Shown here in pieces: positions 38,404-51,784 of a DNA stretch of 64,000 nucleotides. Source of the stretch: Octopus sinensis (lineage: Eukaryota); the NCBI RefSeq assembly GCF_006345805.1, contig NC_043001.1:107570001-107634000 (forward strand), given 5' to 3'. Numbering within the stretch: position 1 is the first letter of the stretch; each line of letters opens with the position of its first letter. The position numbers and the translations under genes are program-made. The notes under the pieces are model-generated. The model made no database searches, was not told the origin of the DNA, and saw only the letters and a program-made list of their open reading frames with translations.

Positions 38404-41400
38404 AAACAAGTAACTCTTTTTTACTGACATACCTGGAAAATATGAAGGCCGACCTAAGCCAGGAGATCCAGCGAGCCATCACCAACCATCTATGCAAATC
38501 ACAAGGACCACTCACAACCAAACAAGTAACTCTTTTTTACTGACCTACCTGGAAAATATGAAGGCCGACCTAAGCCAGGAGATCCAGCGAGCCATCACCA
38601 ACCATCTATGCAAATCACAAGGACCACTCACCCATTACCAACTTCCCTTACCTCGACATTCCTGTTAAATGTACGTGGCATCAACCCATCAATTATAGCC
38701 CAAAAATGGAAGATCCCATATATAGAGTGTTGGCTTGCCGAAATGGCACATTGCTTCCCTTTCTTTATCCTTACCGAGACTCACCTGAACAACACCCATA
38801 TGGACGCAGAGGTGAAAATAAAAGATTTCACCATTGTTCGTGCGGATCGCACAGACCGAAATAAGGGAGGGACAGCCATCTTTATCCATGACTCCTTTTC
38901 ACTTGATGCCAAGGACACATTTTCCAATGGCTACTGTGAATCGGTATCACTATACAACAAAGCCAAGGACATAACCATTGTTGGTCTTTACAGGCCTCCC
39001 CAGGCACCTCTAAAGTACTTTGAAAAGTGCCTTAGCAAAGTCAAGTCCTTCCTTCGGAAGTACCACTCCGGAAACATACTAGTGATGGGTGATTTTAACC
39101 TCCCTCATGTGAACTGGCCCACAAATACTCCGAAGTTAGGCAAGTGCTCTACATCAGATAGGGCAGCAGCAGAACTGCTCTTTAATCTGATGGATGAGTA
39201 TTTCCTGACTCAGCTAGTGCTTCAACCAACGAGACAGAATAAAACGATCTTGGATCTGGTATTGACCAATCACTCTAGCTACGTTCACAGCATTTTAGTC
39301 GAAAAAACTCTCCTCTCAGACCACGACATGATACTCTGCAATCTTAATTCCCGACATATAAAAACCAAACCAGCCAATCCCACTCCATTTGACAACATAA
39401 ACTTCCACAAAGCGTACTGGGGAACAATCAGAAAGGATCTGTCTTCCATCGACTGGTCTTTTACTTTCAATTCCCCTCATATTGAGACCGCGTGGCAGCA
39501 CTTTGAAACCATTGTCACCTATACATGCTCTAAACACGCTCCCAAGAAATCTACTAACACAAACAGAAACCGGCTCCCTAAAAAGAAAATAAACACTCAT
39601 CAGGCGCATCAAAAGACTCAACAAAAAAATCAACCAATTAAAATATTCCCACACACAACATCTACATTCAACAACAATGAAAAGACTAGAGCTGGAAAAA
39701 CTTCATCTGCAGACTAACATGAAAACCTCCATTGAAAATCAAAGAGCTGTGGAGGAACAATGGGTAATCAAAAACATCAAACAGAACCCAAAAGTGTTCT
39801 ATTCTTATGCAAATTAGCATAGAACCACTGTCTCACCCATTGAGCCATTGATTGATGATAACGGCATTCCCCAACACGATGCTAAAGAAATGGCAGAAAT
39901 ACTGCAGAAACAATACTGCTCTGTCTTCAGTGTTCCCACTGATATTGATGTGAGTGAAACGAACGAAGTTGACTCCCAACACAAAATCGCAGACATAACC
40001 TTCACTGCCACCGACATCGTAGCAGCAATAAATGAGGTCAAACATTACTCTGCTGTAGGCCCTGATAGATTTCCCGCTAGTCTCCTGAAGGAATGTAGAT
40101 ATCAACTTGCAGTCCCTCTGACCAACCTCTGGAGAAACTCGTTAGACGCAGGTTATATACCGAAACAGTTTCTATCCCAGTCGGTCATCCCGGTTTTCAA
40201 ACAGGGAAACAGATCCCTCGCAGTCAACTATCGCCCAATCTCACTCACCTCCCACATCATTAAAGTGTTTGAAAGAGTGTTAAGATCAAGGATAGCTGAC
40301 TTCCTGGAGACCCACAAACTCCTAAATTCAAATCAACATGGCTTTCGCTGTGGCAGGGACTGTCTAACACAGCTCTTACACCACATTGAAGATGTACTCA
40401 AAGCCTTGGGAACAGGTTCGAACTCTGACGTCATATATCTTGACTTCAGTAAAGCGTTCGACAGGGTAGACCATAACATCCTACTCTCAAAATTGGCAAA
40501 TGTTGGAATCCGTGGAAAAGTTCTACGCTGGATTCAGTATTTCCTGCCGAATAGAACACAACATGTTGTAGTTGATGGAGTCCACTCAAACCCAGCAAAA
40601 GTCACCAGCGGTGTTCCCTAGTGAACTGTTTTGGGTCCGCTACTCTTCATAATTTACGTAAACGACCTTTCCAGTGTCGTACATCACTGCAAAGTGAAAA
40701 TATTCGCTGATGACACTAAGCTCCAGCAAATCGTCAATGAAGAAGCAGACCGAACTCAACTCCAGTCTGATCTATATGCTGTGAGTCAATGGGCAGGCAG
40801 AAACAAAATGCAACTGAATGAGGGAAAATTTGAGCTGATGCATTTTGGAAGAAATTCCTCACTAAAACAACCATACTGTCTTCCTTCAGGGGAACCGCTC
40901 ACAGCCTCTAACAATATCAGAGACCTGGGTGTAATTGTTGATGACGATCTCAGTTGGAGTGCACACATCAACAAGAAGGTCGATATAGCTCGTAGGATGA
41001 GTTCCTGGATCTTAAGAACTTTCCGGTCCAGAGAACAAGGTGTCATCATACCACTTTTTTCCTCCTTTGTACGGCCACACCTTGAATACTGCTGCCCACT
41101 GTGGTCTCCTCACACAAGACAAAACATCTCCAGAATTGAGTCACCCCAGAGGGCTCTCACTAAACAAATTGAAGGCATGGCTGCTCTCGATTATTGGGAT
41201 CGCCTTAAAGCCTTGAAACTTTACTCCCTCCAGCGTCGCCGTGAGCGGTACATCATTTGTACGATGTGGAGAATATACCGCCAACTTTGCCCAAACGACC
41301 TAAACATTAGCTTCAAGGTTCATCCAAGACTTGGACCACGGCTATACGTCCCCTGCCAAATTCAAGATCACAACATACATGTACACTGCAACATAATTTC

Positions 41401-41670
41401 TTTTCCTCAACAGGCCCTGCCCTATTTAACATTGTCCCGAGGGAGATCAAAGAGGAAAAGGATCCCATCAACTTCAAACAGAGTCTGGATAGATTCATTC
41501 AAAGAATACCAGATAAGCCACCCATAATTGGATACAACTCACCCAACAAGAACTCACTACTTGAACAAAACTTGACTCAAAGCAGGATTCGAATAATCCT
41601 ATCAGGTGGTGCTATTAAGTTAGACATGGCCTGGACCAATCTCTGGTCGAAACATATCTAAGTTTATCTA

Positions 41671-41675
<5 letters not shown>
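38401..41675 (+). mobile_element. CR1-group (CR1/L2/Crack/Daphne-like) LINE, 5'-truncated near the ORF1 end, inserted in (TA)n
   Basis: APE and RT domains; 3' stem-loop GACCA/TGGTC and (TATCTAAGTT)2 tail; TA tracts on both sides. Confidence 0.92.
38608..41661 (+). pseudogene. Disrupted ORF2: APE endonuclease plus reverse transcriptase
   Basis: LNVRGI, LTETHL, GLYRPP, GDFNLP, LDLVLT, SDH; NYRPISLT, QHGFR, YLDFSKAFD, GVP**TVLGPLLF, FADDTKL; frameshifts near 39.6 and 41.3 kb, stops near 39815 and at 40619-40624. Confidence 0.93.
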
Positions 41676-41728
<53 letters not shown>

Positions 41729-41767
41729 TGAATAATTTATAAGTATTAATAAATATATGTAAGAAGT

Positions 41768-41975
41768 CAGCGTGCTGGCATAATCGTTAGCACACCGGGC
41801 TAAAGGCTTAGCGGCGTTTTGTTCATTTTATATTCCGTTTTCAAATTCATCCGAAGTCGTCTTTGCCTTTCGTCCTTTCAGTTGTCGATAAAAAAATTAC
41901 TAGTTGAGTAATGGGCTCGATTCAATCCACGTAGGCCATCCTCGAACCTGCTGGCCTTGTACCAAAACTGGACAC
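41768..41975 (+). mobile_element. Degenerate family A SINE
   Basis: GCTGGCATAATCGTTAGCACACCGG..CTTTGCCTTTCGTCCTTTC..GGCCTTGTACCAAAA. Confidence 0.75.
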
Positions 41976-42289
41976 CATTAAATACATATAATGACATACA
42001 TTTACACATACACATATATATTCTTCTTTTACCTGTTTCAGTCATTTGAGTGCGGCCATGCTGGAGTACCACCTATCGGTATATATATATTATATATATA
42101 TACACACATGAGTATTGTAGTTCGCTTGAAGCATTGTGTATTGTTTGTAAAGAATAAAAAGTTTTGAATGGTAAAGCAATGCACTATAATATAAAAAGTG
42201 GACTATACACTTGTAATTTAGTTATCCATAGTCCGAACTAAATTGCAACAGGTTGTACTATTCATAACTTTTTATTCTTTATCTATCTG

Positions 42290-42475
<186 letters not shown>

Positions 42476-42502
42476 ATACATATATATATATATATAAATA
42501 GA

Positions 42503-42805
42503 CTAGCTGTATCAACGTCTAAAGACGTAACGTGAAGACCAGGTCAACTTTGCCATAAGTAATACATAAATATTTGTATGTGTGTTTGTGTATTTCTGTA
42601 CGCTTTTGGATTAATGTTTATATTTATGTGCGTGGATGTAAACACGTGAATTAATACTGATTTGTATTATGTCACTGAACTACCAACGAAATAAGTCCGT
42701 ATAATGCGTCACACACACATACAAACACTCATACAGACATAAACAGACACGCACACACACAAACACGCACACACACAAACACACACACATATTCCTTTAT
42801 ATCGT
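42503..42805 (-). mobile_element. Possible non-autonomous Helitron
   Basis: CTAG terminus (42503-06) with ACGTC-TAAA-GACGT hairpin 8 nt inside, next to (TA)n; far end uncertain. Confidence 0.45.
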
Positions 42806-42848
42806 TCAATTTGTGTGCATTCATATACCCATATCTATATCATACTAC

Positions 42849-42882
<34 letters not shown>

Positions 42883-42928
42883 ATATATATATATATACAT
42901 ATATATACATACATACGTATATATATAT

Positions 42929-43028
<100 letters not shown>

Positions 43029-43055
43029 CATATATGCTCATGAATAGAAAAGGTG

Positions 43056-43192
43056 AAGAAGAAGAAGAAGAAGAAGAAGAAGAAGAAGAAGAAGAAGAAG
43101 AAGAAGAAGAAGAAGAAGAAGAAGAAGAAGAAGAAGAAGAAGAAGAAGAAGAAGAAGAAGAAGAAGAAGAAGAAGAAGAAGAAGAAGAAGAA
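43056..43192. repeat. Pure (GAA)n microsatellite, ~45 units
   Basis: Direct reading. Confidence 0.97.
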
Positions 43193-44331
43193 GGTGACGA
43201 TGGAGACGACGACGATGAGAAGTGAAGTGTGATCCCAGCAACGAAAAGTGTTAAAATTATAAGGTTGGCTCAAACGACTTCTCCTATATTCCTTTACATC
43301 TTTTGAATCTCTCAACACCTACAAAATGCACATATTTGAAAGTAGTCAAACTCGAGTGTGTTGTTTAAATACATGTGGTATATCAGATAGTCGACGATCA
43401 AAGCTGATTCAGTGCGAGCGAATCGTTGTAGAACTGTTTTATGATGGACGTTATTCACTCGAAGAACGAATTCTGATAACAGGAAACGTCTGTATTTCTA
43501 TCAATTTTAATGCTGCATGTGAACGTACTTGTTTAAGTGAATAGTAATATTATTGACGTCAAAGCCCATTAGCAAATGGTTGGATAGATCCATCTATATA
43601 CCTATTGGTAATCAGTTCTATAGAAGTGATCGGTAACTGGTGTCTCTGTAGTGACATGCAAATATTTTCAATAGTGTAACGCCATATTGGAATTCGTAAT
43701 GACTATACAATCTATACTACATGGAAAATTGTCAGTTCTTTGTGGTCTTTAGTAAGCCACTTCAAAGGTTTATAATGGTCTAAAATCTATTTAATTTGTA
43801 ATCTAAAAAAACGCGGTGGGAGTCAAGTAAGTAAATGGATCTCCGTCTATTTCGACGATGGGTATTAGTTATTCGGTCAAGTGAATTACGTACTTACGGA
43901 AATAGTAATGGAATCACGTGGCATATACGTAATATTTTAGACTATTTACTTTTAAATGACATTTGTACAAAACCTACCCATGATTTCTGTAATATTTCTT
44001 GCGAGACATAGTAGCCAAAAATATTCGATGTATTGTGACCGGAATGTCTCAGCAACATATTTTCACATGATTAACGTATAAGAGAAGTTTGTACGATTAC
44101 CGCTATGCAACCAGTCGGACGACGTTAGCAGCTGACAACGTTGAGTGTCCGTGAACATGAGGAAAGCCTCACGAACTGATTCTATAATTCGAGAAACTCA
44201 TACAGAATTCTTGAAATAACTCTTAGATAGATATACCACTGAAATAACAATTGTCGGTTTCTTTGCTTGTTTATTTATTTTTTGTGTGTTTGCTTTATTT
44301 TTAACCCAGATCAATTTTGAACAGACGTAAC

Positions 44332-44592
44332 TTTTCGAAGACAATACTAGCCCGAGACAACTGATTTTCAAAGACAATATTATCCCTTTTCAATTTACAT
44401 TCAAAGACAATGTTAACCCTTGACAACTGGTTTTCAAAGACAACGTTAACCCCAGACAACTGACTTTCAAAGGAAATGTTAGCCCTAAACAACTGACTTT
44501 CAAAGACAATGTTAACCCGAGTCAAATTTCAAATATGATGCTAACCCTAGACAACTAACTTTCAAAGACAATATTAACCCCAGACATCAGAC
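44332..44592. repeat. 33-bp minisatellite, ~8 copies (consensus ~YTTTCAAAGACAATGTTAACCCYAGACAACTGA)
   Basis: Units aligned by eye; one unit shortened to ~29 bp. Confidence 0.9.
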
Positions 44593-45068
44593 ATTAATGT
44601 TCCATTTCTTTTTAATGTAAAAGACTGCAAAATGTGATTTCAGTGAAATGTTGCAGTTAATTGTAGCAGCTCTTACACCTTAGATATAGCGGCGATATAT
44701 TTTTTCCCTTGATAGAATGATGGAAAACCAAGAAGGAAAACGGTTCCGATGTTTAAGTTTAAATAATGACATCAGATAAGTAATTCATAAACAAGTTTAC
44801 CAATGGAAAACAGCAAAACCAACAAAACAGCCACACCCTGCCTTTGTTAGTTGCATTGGGTCTCACGTCCAATTAAACCATATAACCTATAAACCTTAAT
44901 ATCGATACACACTTCTCAAAATCGTCAAATATACAGACGCCAACATGTATACGTGAATGAGAACTTTGCTCGATCCAATTATGCAGTATGGTGAGTAACT
45001 GTCGTTTACGTAGCGCGAGGTAGATCAATGCGCTAGGAATAACATTGGGGAGAGGAAACTTTGCCGAA

Positions 45069-45101
<33 letters not shown>

Positions 45102-45177
45102 CGTGAGTGTGTGTGTGTGCGCGCGCGCGTGGTATTACATTCAACAGACTTTTTGAGTAATGCAAAAGTCAAACATA

Positions 45178-45243
<66 letters not shown>

Positions 45244-45376
45244 AATCTTTGTGTATAGTGCTCAGGTGCACTACAAGTTATCGAAGTTGGATGTACAGTA
45301 CATAGAATTATGTACAAATGTCGGGAAAGTGAACAGTGTAAGAGTCGATATCTTCTATCTATCTATCTATCTATCC

Positions 45377-45411
<35 letters not shown>

Positions 45412-45432
45412 AAACTATCTATCTATCTATCC

Positions 45433-45478
<46 letters not shown>

Positions 45479-45480
45479 AT

Positions 45481-45547
<67 letters not shown>

Positions 45548-45587
45548 ATCTATCTATATATATATATATATATATAATATATATATA

Positions 45588-46003
45588 GGCGTAGGAGTGG
45601 CTGTGTGGTAAGTAGCTTGTTAACCAACCACATGGTTCCGAGTTCAGTCCCACTGCTTGGTATCTTGGGCAAGTGTCTTATGCTATAGCCCCGGGCCGAC
45701 CAATGCCTTGTGAGTGGATTTGGTAGACGGAAACTGAAAGAAGCCTGTCGTATATATGTATATATATATGTATGTGTGTGTGTGTTTGTGTGTCTGTGTT
45801 TGTCCCCCTAGCATTGCTTGACAACCGATGCTGGTGTGTTTATGTCCCCGTCGCTTAGCGGTTCGGCAAAAGAGACCGATAGAATAAGTACTGGGCTTAC
45901 AAAGAATAAGTCCCGGGGTCGATTTACTCGACTAAAGGCAGTGCTCCAGCATGGCCGCAGTCAAATGACTGAAACAAGTAAAAGAGTAAAAGAGTAAAGA
46001 GTA
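45588..46003 (+). mobile_element. Young full-length family B SINE within (TA)n
   Basis: Complete head, internal microsatellite and (GTAAAAGA)n tail. Confidence 0.93.
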
Positions 46004-46140
46004 TATAAATATATGTATATATATATATAAATATATCATTTAGAGATAGAAGTCCCCATGCAATTCATCAAATACTAATATACATTACACCATATCAAAG
46101 AATTTTATTTTAATACTTATTATTTCAGTTCTAAATTTCT

Positions 46141-46191
46141 CTTCTACACGTGTTTCATGAGGTGCGTTTAACCCTCAGTCGTTTTCAGAAA
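46141..46191 (-). ncRNA. Degenerate minimal hammerhead motif
   Basis: TTT-CTGAAAA-CGAC-TGAGG..CCTCA-T-GAAAC-ACGT-GTA-GAA; palindromic ACGT tetraloop; core G8 replaced by A. Confidence 0.45.
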
Positions 46192-47155
46192 CATGTCTTG
46201 TTGCCTTGTTTGTTAGTTACATTCGTTGTATTGTCAGACGAAAGGCCGCAAAGCATTTGCCCGACATGCTACGGAGGTTGCCAGCTCACCGCTCTAGATA
46301 TGTAGTCATATTAAAAGATTAAAATCAAACTAGAAGCTGATAAAGGTCTGTTATGATGTAATGAGACAACGCAAGAATATAAACAGTTGCAGTCAAATTA
46401 AGACAATGTCGACAATAAAAGACAGATGAAGACATAACACTAAGAAAGATGAAAGCAATGAAGTCAGTAATAGGCATAAATAAAGATATAAACGGATGAA
46501 AACATTAAGGCAGCTTAAGACACTGAAGGCATTGAAAAGAGAGATCTACATATAACGACAGATAATGACAGATGAAGTCGTTATAAACGTTAACAGATAA
46601 ACAATGTCCGATTAAGAGAATCGAATATTAAAACAAAAATAAAGACACAGAAAGGTATTCTAAGAAAACAACGGCAATGAAGATAATAACAGGCAGTCAA
46701 AGACAGCTTAAGATAGATTAAGACAACGGAGAAAAATAATGGTAGTACAATGAGAACACTAATTGTCGAAATGGGGAAGAATTTCAATTAAAGTTATGGT
46801 TTTCTGAAAACTAGTTGAAATAGATAAGGAAATATTGAATCTATCAAATTAGGTCCCTACTTTGCTTTAGTTTAGATTTATTCTCCTTAGATATTTGAAG
46901 AATAATGTGGATTACTAACCCATTGTTTGATGGATCATACAGGAAATGAAAACTACTATTACAGCGAAAATTTATTCCACCTTTCTCATGGTATTTAAAC
47001 TATATTTATTGTATCTTATTGGCGAAGAAAGCTATTTAATTCGAATTTATCTAAATAAAAGAGAATGTTACGTTTACAATCGGAACTATTGCATTCAGAA
47101 GCACATACTGCTAAAATGGCATGTAACATTTAATGATACATACATAGATACATAG

Positions 47156-47239
<84 letters not shown>

Positions 47240-47479
47240 CATATATATGTATATGTATGTATATATATATATAAACCGTTGACTTGATGAAATGCAGCAA
47301 CCTGTTCAAAGGCCAATTTAAGTCGCATATTGGAAGGAAAACAAGAGGAAAGTAAGGAGATTTTGATAAATGTTTGAGGAATTAATATGACGAAGCGATA
47401 ACAGCCTAAATTCACCATAAAGAAACTACATGAGACTGGTTCAGTCTTGAATGATTGATATAATGGAAAACAGAAAAAC

Positions 47480-47715
47480 ACCCTGCTCGTGAAATTAACG
47501 TGCAAGTCACTGAGTACTCCACAATTGTAGTTTCCAGAAGACTCAGAGTGATACAAAACGTAAGAGGGTCGGCTCTTTGAAATACAGGTACTACTCATTT
47601 TGCAAGCCGAGTGGCCTGGAGCAAGGCGAAATAAAGTGTCTTGCTCAAGAGACAAAACGTGCCAAGCATCGAACTCACGACCTTCCGATCATGAACCGAA
47701 TACTCTAACCACTAT
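47480..47715 (-). mobile_element. Family C-related SINE with an alternative middle body
   Basis: Head GTGGTTAGAGTA..GAGTTCGATGC, middle CTTGAGCAAGACACTTTATTTC, and tail GTACCTGTATTTCAAAG..CACGTTAATTTCACGAGCAGG shared with 1371-1759. Confidence 0.8.
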
Positions 47716-47737
47716 GCGATTGCGATGTGAAATTAAT

Positions 47738-47945
47738 GCAGCGAGCTGGCAGAATCGTTAGAACGCAGGGCGAAATACTTAGCGGTATTTCGTCTGCTGT
47801 TACGTTCTGAGTTCAAATTCCGCCGATGTCGACTTTGCCTTTCATCCTTTCGGGGTCGATAAATAAAGTACCAGTTGCGAACTGGGTTCGATCTAATCGA
47901 CTGCGCCTCTCCCCCCCCAAATCTCTGGCCTAGAGTAGAAAAGAA
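47738..47945 (+). mobile_element. Full-length family A SINE (A1 tail)
   Basis: A box TGGCAGAATCG, B box GAGTTCAAATTCC, core GACTTTGCCTTTCATCCTTTCGGGGTCGATAAA. Confidence 0.92.
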
Positions 47946-48012
47946 TATACAGCCTCACCTTCCTTTTAAAATAGCTTAAACTGTGCTCTAAATGGAAGTG
48001 GTCAAATCCTAT

Positions 48013-48093
48013 TTTATGGACTCAACCATGTTCTAAAATAAGTCGAAGGGTAAGCTACTATAAATCGGCACGAACTTTCCGGACAATCCAATA
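48013..48093 (-). mobile_element. Mariner-like transposon end
   Basis: Minus strand reads TA-TTGGATTGTCCGGAAAGTTCGTGCCGATTTATAG; matches 49419-49499. Confidence 0.7.
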
Positions 48094-49233
48094 TTTGTTC
48101 AAACTGCCATTGCATTGTTTGGAGCGACCACAATATTTCAGTGCAGCCATTGAGTGTTTACTTTCAGCGAGAAAAAAACGAGAAAAAATACTCTGTTCTA
48201 TTTGCTTTTAGAAGTAGCGAGATGGTTTGTTCCTGAGTCGTAATGTCGTGAAATCTTTCTGGCAATCCAAGTATACAATGCAAAAATGTTCTTCCGTTAC
48301 ATTGTTGAGTTAATTTCACTTTTTCACTTTTATAGTTTCTCTTCGCTGATATGATTTTCGAGCGTCATAAAAAGCCTGAGGAAATATTGGAGTATTTTTT
48401 TCCCTAATATGCTCCATGAAAATTAAGAACCTGCAAAATTATAAACATACGTTCATCATGTAGAAGAATTCAGTATTAGAAAGAATTGATATAACTAATC
48501 AGTGGGATGGGAAGTGTAAGGGAATAAAAAAAGCAAAAAAATAAGCAAATACAAAACAAAACACAAACTGTTTTTTATTTTTTTCGCAGGCATTAATATT
48601 ATGATATTTAAATGCAAAGAAATTGGACAGTGTAAAGAGAATGCTTCTTTCAAAAGAAAATAACAGGAAAAAAGAGGGCAAATTGTTGCAATATTATTAA
48701 AGATTACACTTCTAACCAAAGAGAAAGCCATCACCAGCTTCGAAGTGTGGGCGATAAACTGTTAATAAACCGATTCATTGGTAGAATCTAGTAACTCTTG
48801 TACAAACCATCAGTAACATAAAACTTTAATCAAAAAGTTAGTAGGGTCATTAGCCATGGACGTATAAGTCACAGTTCAGGCTACTGCAAGCATCGATACT
48901 TTTTAATCCCTGGACTTCGTCTTTGCTGGGTGACTGTTGCTATTATTTTCCTGCTAATTATAAAAAAATCTGTTCATTTTGTTTAGCAAGGTACTTATTT
49001 TATCGATCACAATCAGGCGGCTAAGTTATCTTTTCGCGTAGAGAGATGCAAATCAATGCATTGTCTACATCAATCACATAAACATGAAAATATAGATAAT
49101 TCATACCGAACGTACATAAATACACAGGTATGCACGCACATATCAATGTGTGAAGCCGTGAATATGTGTGCACGCACACAGACACGCACACACCTGCACA
49201 CGCTCGAACACACACGCATGCACACACACACAC

Positions 49234-49272
<39 letters not shown>

Positions 49273-49418
49273 TAACTTTCCGCACAGTTCCTTTCTTTAA
49301 AGTGTAGGTCAACAAAGAAGCTCCAGTCAGAGAAACTTACCCAAGAGTAATTTAACCTAGAATATACTGCTTTTGTACAAGTACATTAGACGATTTCTGG
49401 TAGTGAACTACATGTAAA

Positions 49419-49499
49419 TATTGGGTTGTCTGGAAAGTTCGTGCCGATTTATAGCAGCTTACCTTTTGACGTATTTTAGAACATGGTTGAGTCCATAAA
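49419..49499 (+). mobile_element. Mariner-like transposon end, inverted relative to 48013-48093
   Basis: TA-TTGGGTTGTCTGGAAAGTTCGTGCCGATTTATAG..AGAACATGGTTGAGTCCATAAA. Confidence 0.7.
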
Positions 49500-49806
49500 T
49501 GACAGCAAATGATGAAGGTGATTATACTGCGACACAATGTAATTGGTTATTTCACAATTTATGGGATCAGATGATGAATGTGAGAGAAAAAAAGCGTTAC
49601 TTTTTAGAATATACTTTTATGTAAAACGAACACACGCATGTGCACATACAAGAGACACAATTAATTTGATACACTCAACAGCTAATGAAGATTCTATTTA
49701 ATTACATTTTATTTCTAAAATCATTAGAAAACGCCGAATAATATAGTCGTAGATAACTAGTTACATTAAATCGTGGAGTTAAGTAAACATGGTCTCACTT
49801 GATATA

Positions 49807-49882
49807 CAGAGTGTACATAAAGTCCCTTTACAATATTGAGATTAAAATTTTGAAGTTGTAAAGATAATTTATGGACACACTG
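49807..49882. mobile_element. Tiny Tc1/mariner-type MITE, ~76 bp
   Basis: Imperfect TIRs CAGAGTGTACATAAAGTCCCTTTACAA / TTGTAAAGATAATTTATGGACACACTG; TA on the left flank. Confidence 0.6.
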
Positions 49883-50616
49883 CATACCGCGCCATAGATC
49901 TGAAGCGACCAGTAGATATATCCCAGCAGCAACAACAACAGCAACAGCAAATGAATAACTTTTGCCTGTTTATCAGATCTGCTAGATATAAGAATCAAAT
50001 GCTCCTTAAATCACACATGGCTTATATTTTTTTTTAAAGAAAAAGACAAATTCAGAAAGCCAGAGTAAATGGTGATTCACATACTTCAGTGCTTTTGATC
50101 CTATCTGCACTCGATCAGAGGTGACCTGGGGGTTAATCTACAAATAAGAAAGCAAAGAAGTTACACGTACACGCAACATACAGGCTGATGTTTATGTAAC
50201 ATACTGAATTGAATATCAGAAATGCAAACAAATTGTTAGTGGAAGAGAGTTCACAAAGTTAGTTTGTAATTAACGTTATATAATAATCATAATAAATATA
50301 TATAAACAGATACATTGGCAAATAAAGGTTATGATATCGATCTATAAAAATGTCCATATTTAAAAGATTTATAAGGCATGTTCAGAAATATTTCTGAAGG
50401 AGAATAAAGAGATATGTAGAAGAGATGATGTCAAAAATACCCAGCTTGTACACACAAATCAAGCTAGGAATCGTAGACTTCCCTTTCGGAATACTCCTTT
50501 TTTTCTATTTATCCAGTTTGCCAACAATTCATTTAAAAGATCAGTTTAGAAACTGTTAGAGGCATAGTGGTACAAGGGAAATTTATTTCACTCAGCTGTT
50601 GCCGTGTGAAAAGAGG

Positions 50617-50675
<59 letters not shown>

Positions 50676-51699
50676 CATAATGCAAAGAATTGACAAATCT
50701 ATAACAAAAACTGTAATAAAATGAGAAAAGAATCAATTAAAATAAAAACGAACGAAAATAGATTGTGAATACAAAGAATATATTGATTTCGAAAGAAATA
50801 GTTGAATTGTAATATACATTTTTTTACAGTTTTTATTTTTTTACTGTTTGCTTCTAACTCAGAATATAAATAAATGATGCAAGTAAATAAAGAAATAATA
50901 CTTAAAAGAGGGTTAGTAAACAAGTTGAGTCTGAGTCTGTTCTAGAAAAAAAAAACAAAAAAACATTACTAGCGTGGCCTGAGAAAAAGAAGGCTGAGGG
51001 CAGTGTCTCATATTTATACATAGCTAAATCTATAGCAGACAGCTGTTTCTTCTCATTGTTTAGCATTTCTTTGATCTTTAAAAGCAACTTATGAAGTTAT
51101 TTCATAAAAATACGTAATACACAGATCTGCTTATTCGTAAGCTCATATGAATATGTATATAGGAATGTGTGTGTCTGTATATATATATGTGTGTGTGTTT
51201 GTGTGTGTGTGTGTGTGCGTGTGTGTGTGCGTGTGTGTGTGTGTGTAGGTAGGTATATGAAATACCTAACAAAACGAAGGGTGAGCTATTACTGAAGGTA
51301 ATGTCCCAATACGGGTGAAAGCAGTAAAAATCAGTATGAGTGTTTTTATATACGTGCATGTGTGTATGAGTGTGTGTGTGCGTGTGTGTGTACCTAAGTA
51401 TGCGTGCATGTATATATGTTTGTGTTTGTGTGTGCGTGTGTGCGTATACATGTATATATCTATATGTGTGTATGTATAGATACGTTGTATTACGAACAAG
51501 AATATTTTCAATTTGAAACTTTCAAAATTTTTTCTCCCCACAAATTTTCTCTGAGTAGTTTTGCAGTTAGAGCGGAATAGTAAAGTTCCAAACACACATC
51601 GCACAATATCAAAATAAGGAATAATTCTTAAGAATAATAACCACAAAATATAGGCAACTAATGATAGAACTTATAGCTCAATATAATGCTAAAATATAG

Positions 51700-51784
51700 A
51701 CATGGCACCTTGGACAAATGTCTTCTACTATAACCGACCAAAACCTTGTGAGTGGATTGGTAGGCGGAAACTGAAAGAAGCCCG

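Noticed and set aside
41630-41660. Hammerhead at the LINE 3' end (GACCA/TGGTC stem followed by GAAAC)
   Set aside because: No upstream CUGAnGA; better explained as the LINE 3' recognition stem-loop
43034-43225. Poly-Glu protein exon
   Set aside because: Pure (GAA)n with no synonymous variation, lying in a microsatellite field
44301-44525. 11-aa repeat protein
   Set aside because: Product of a 33-bp minisatellite; a shortened unit breaks the frame and there is no splice or domain support
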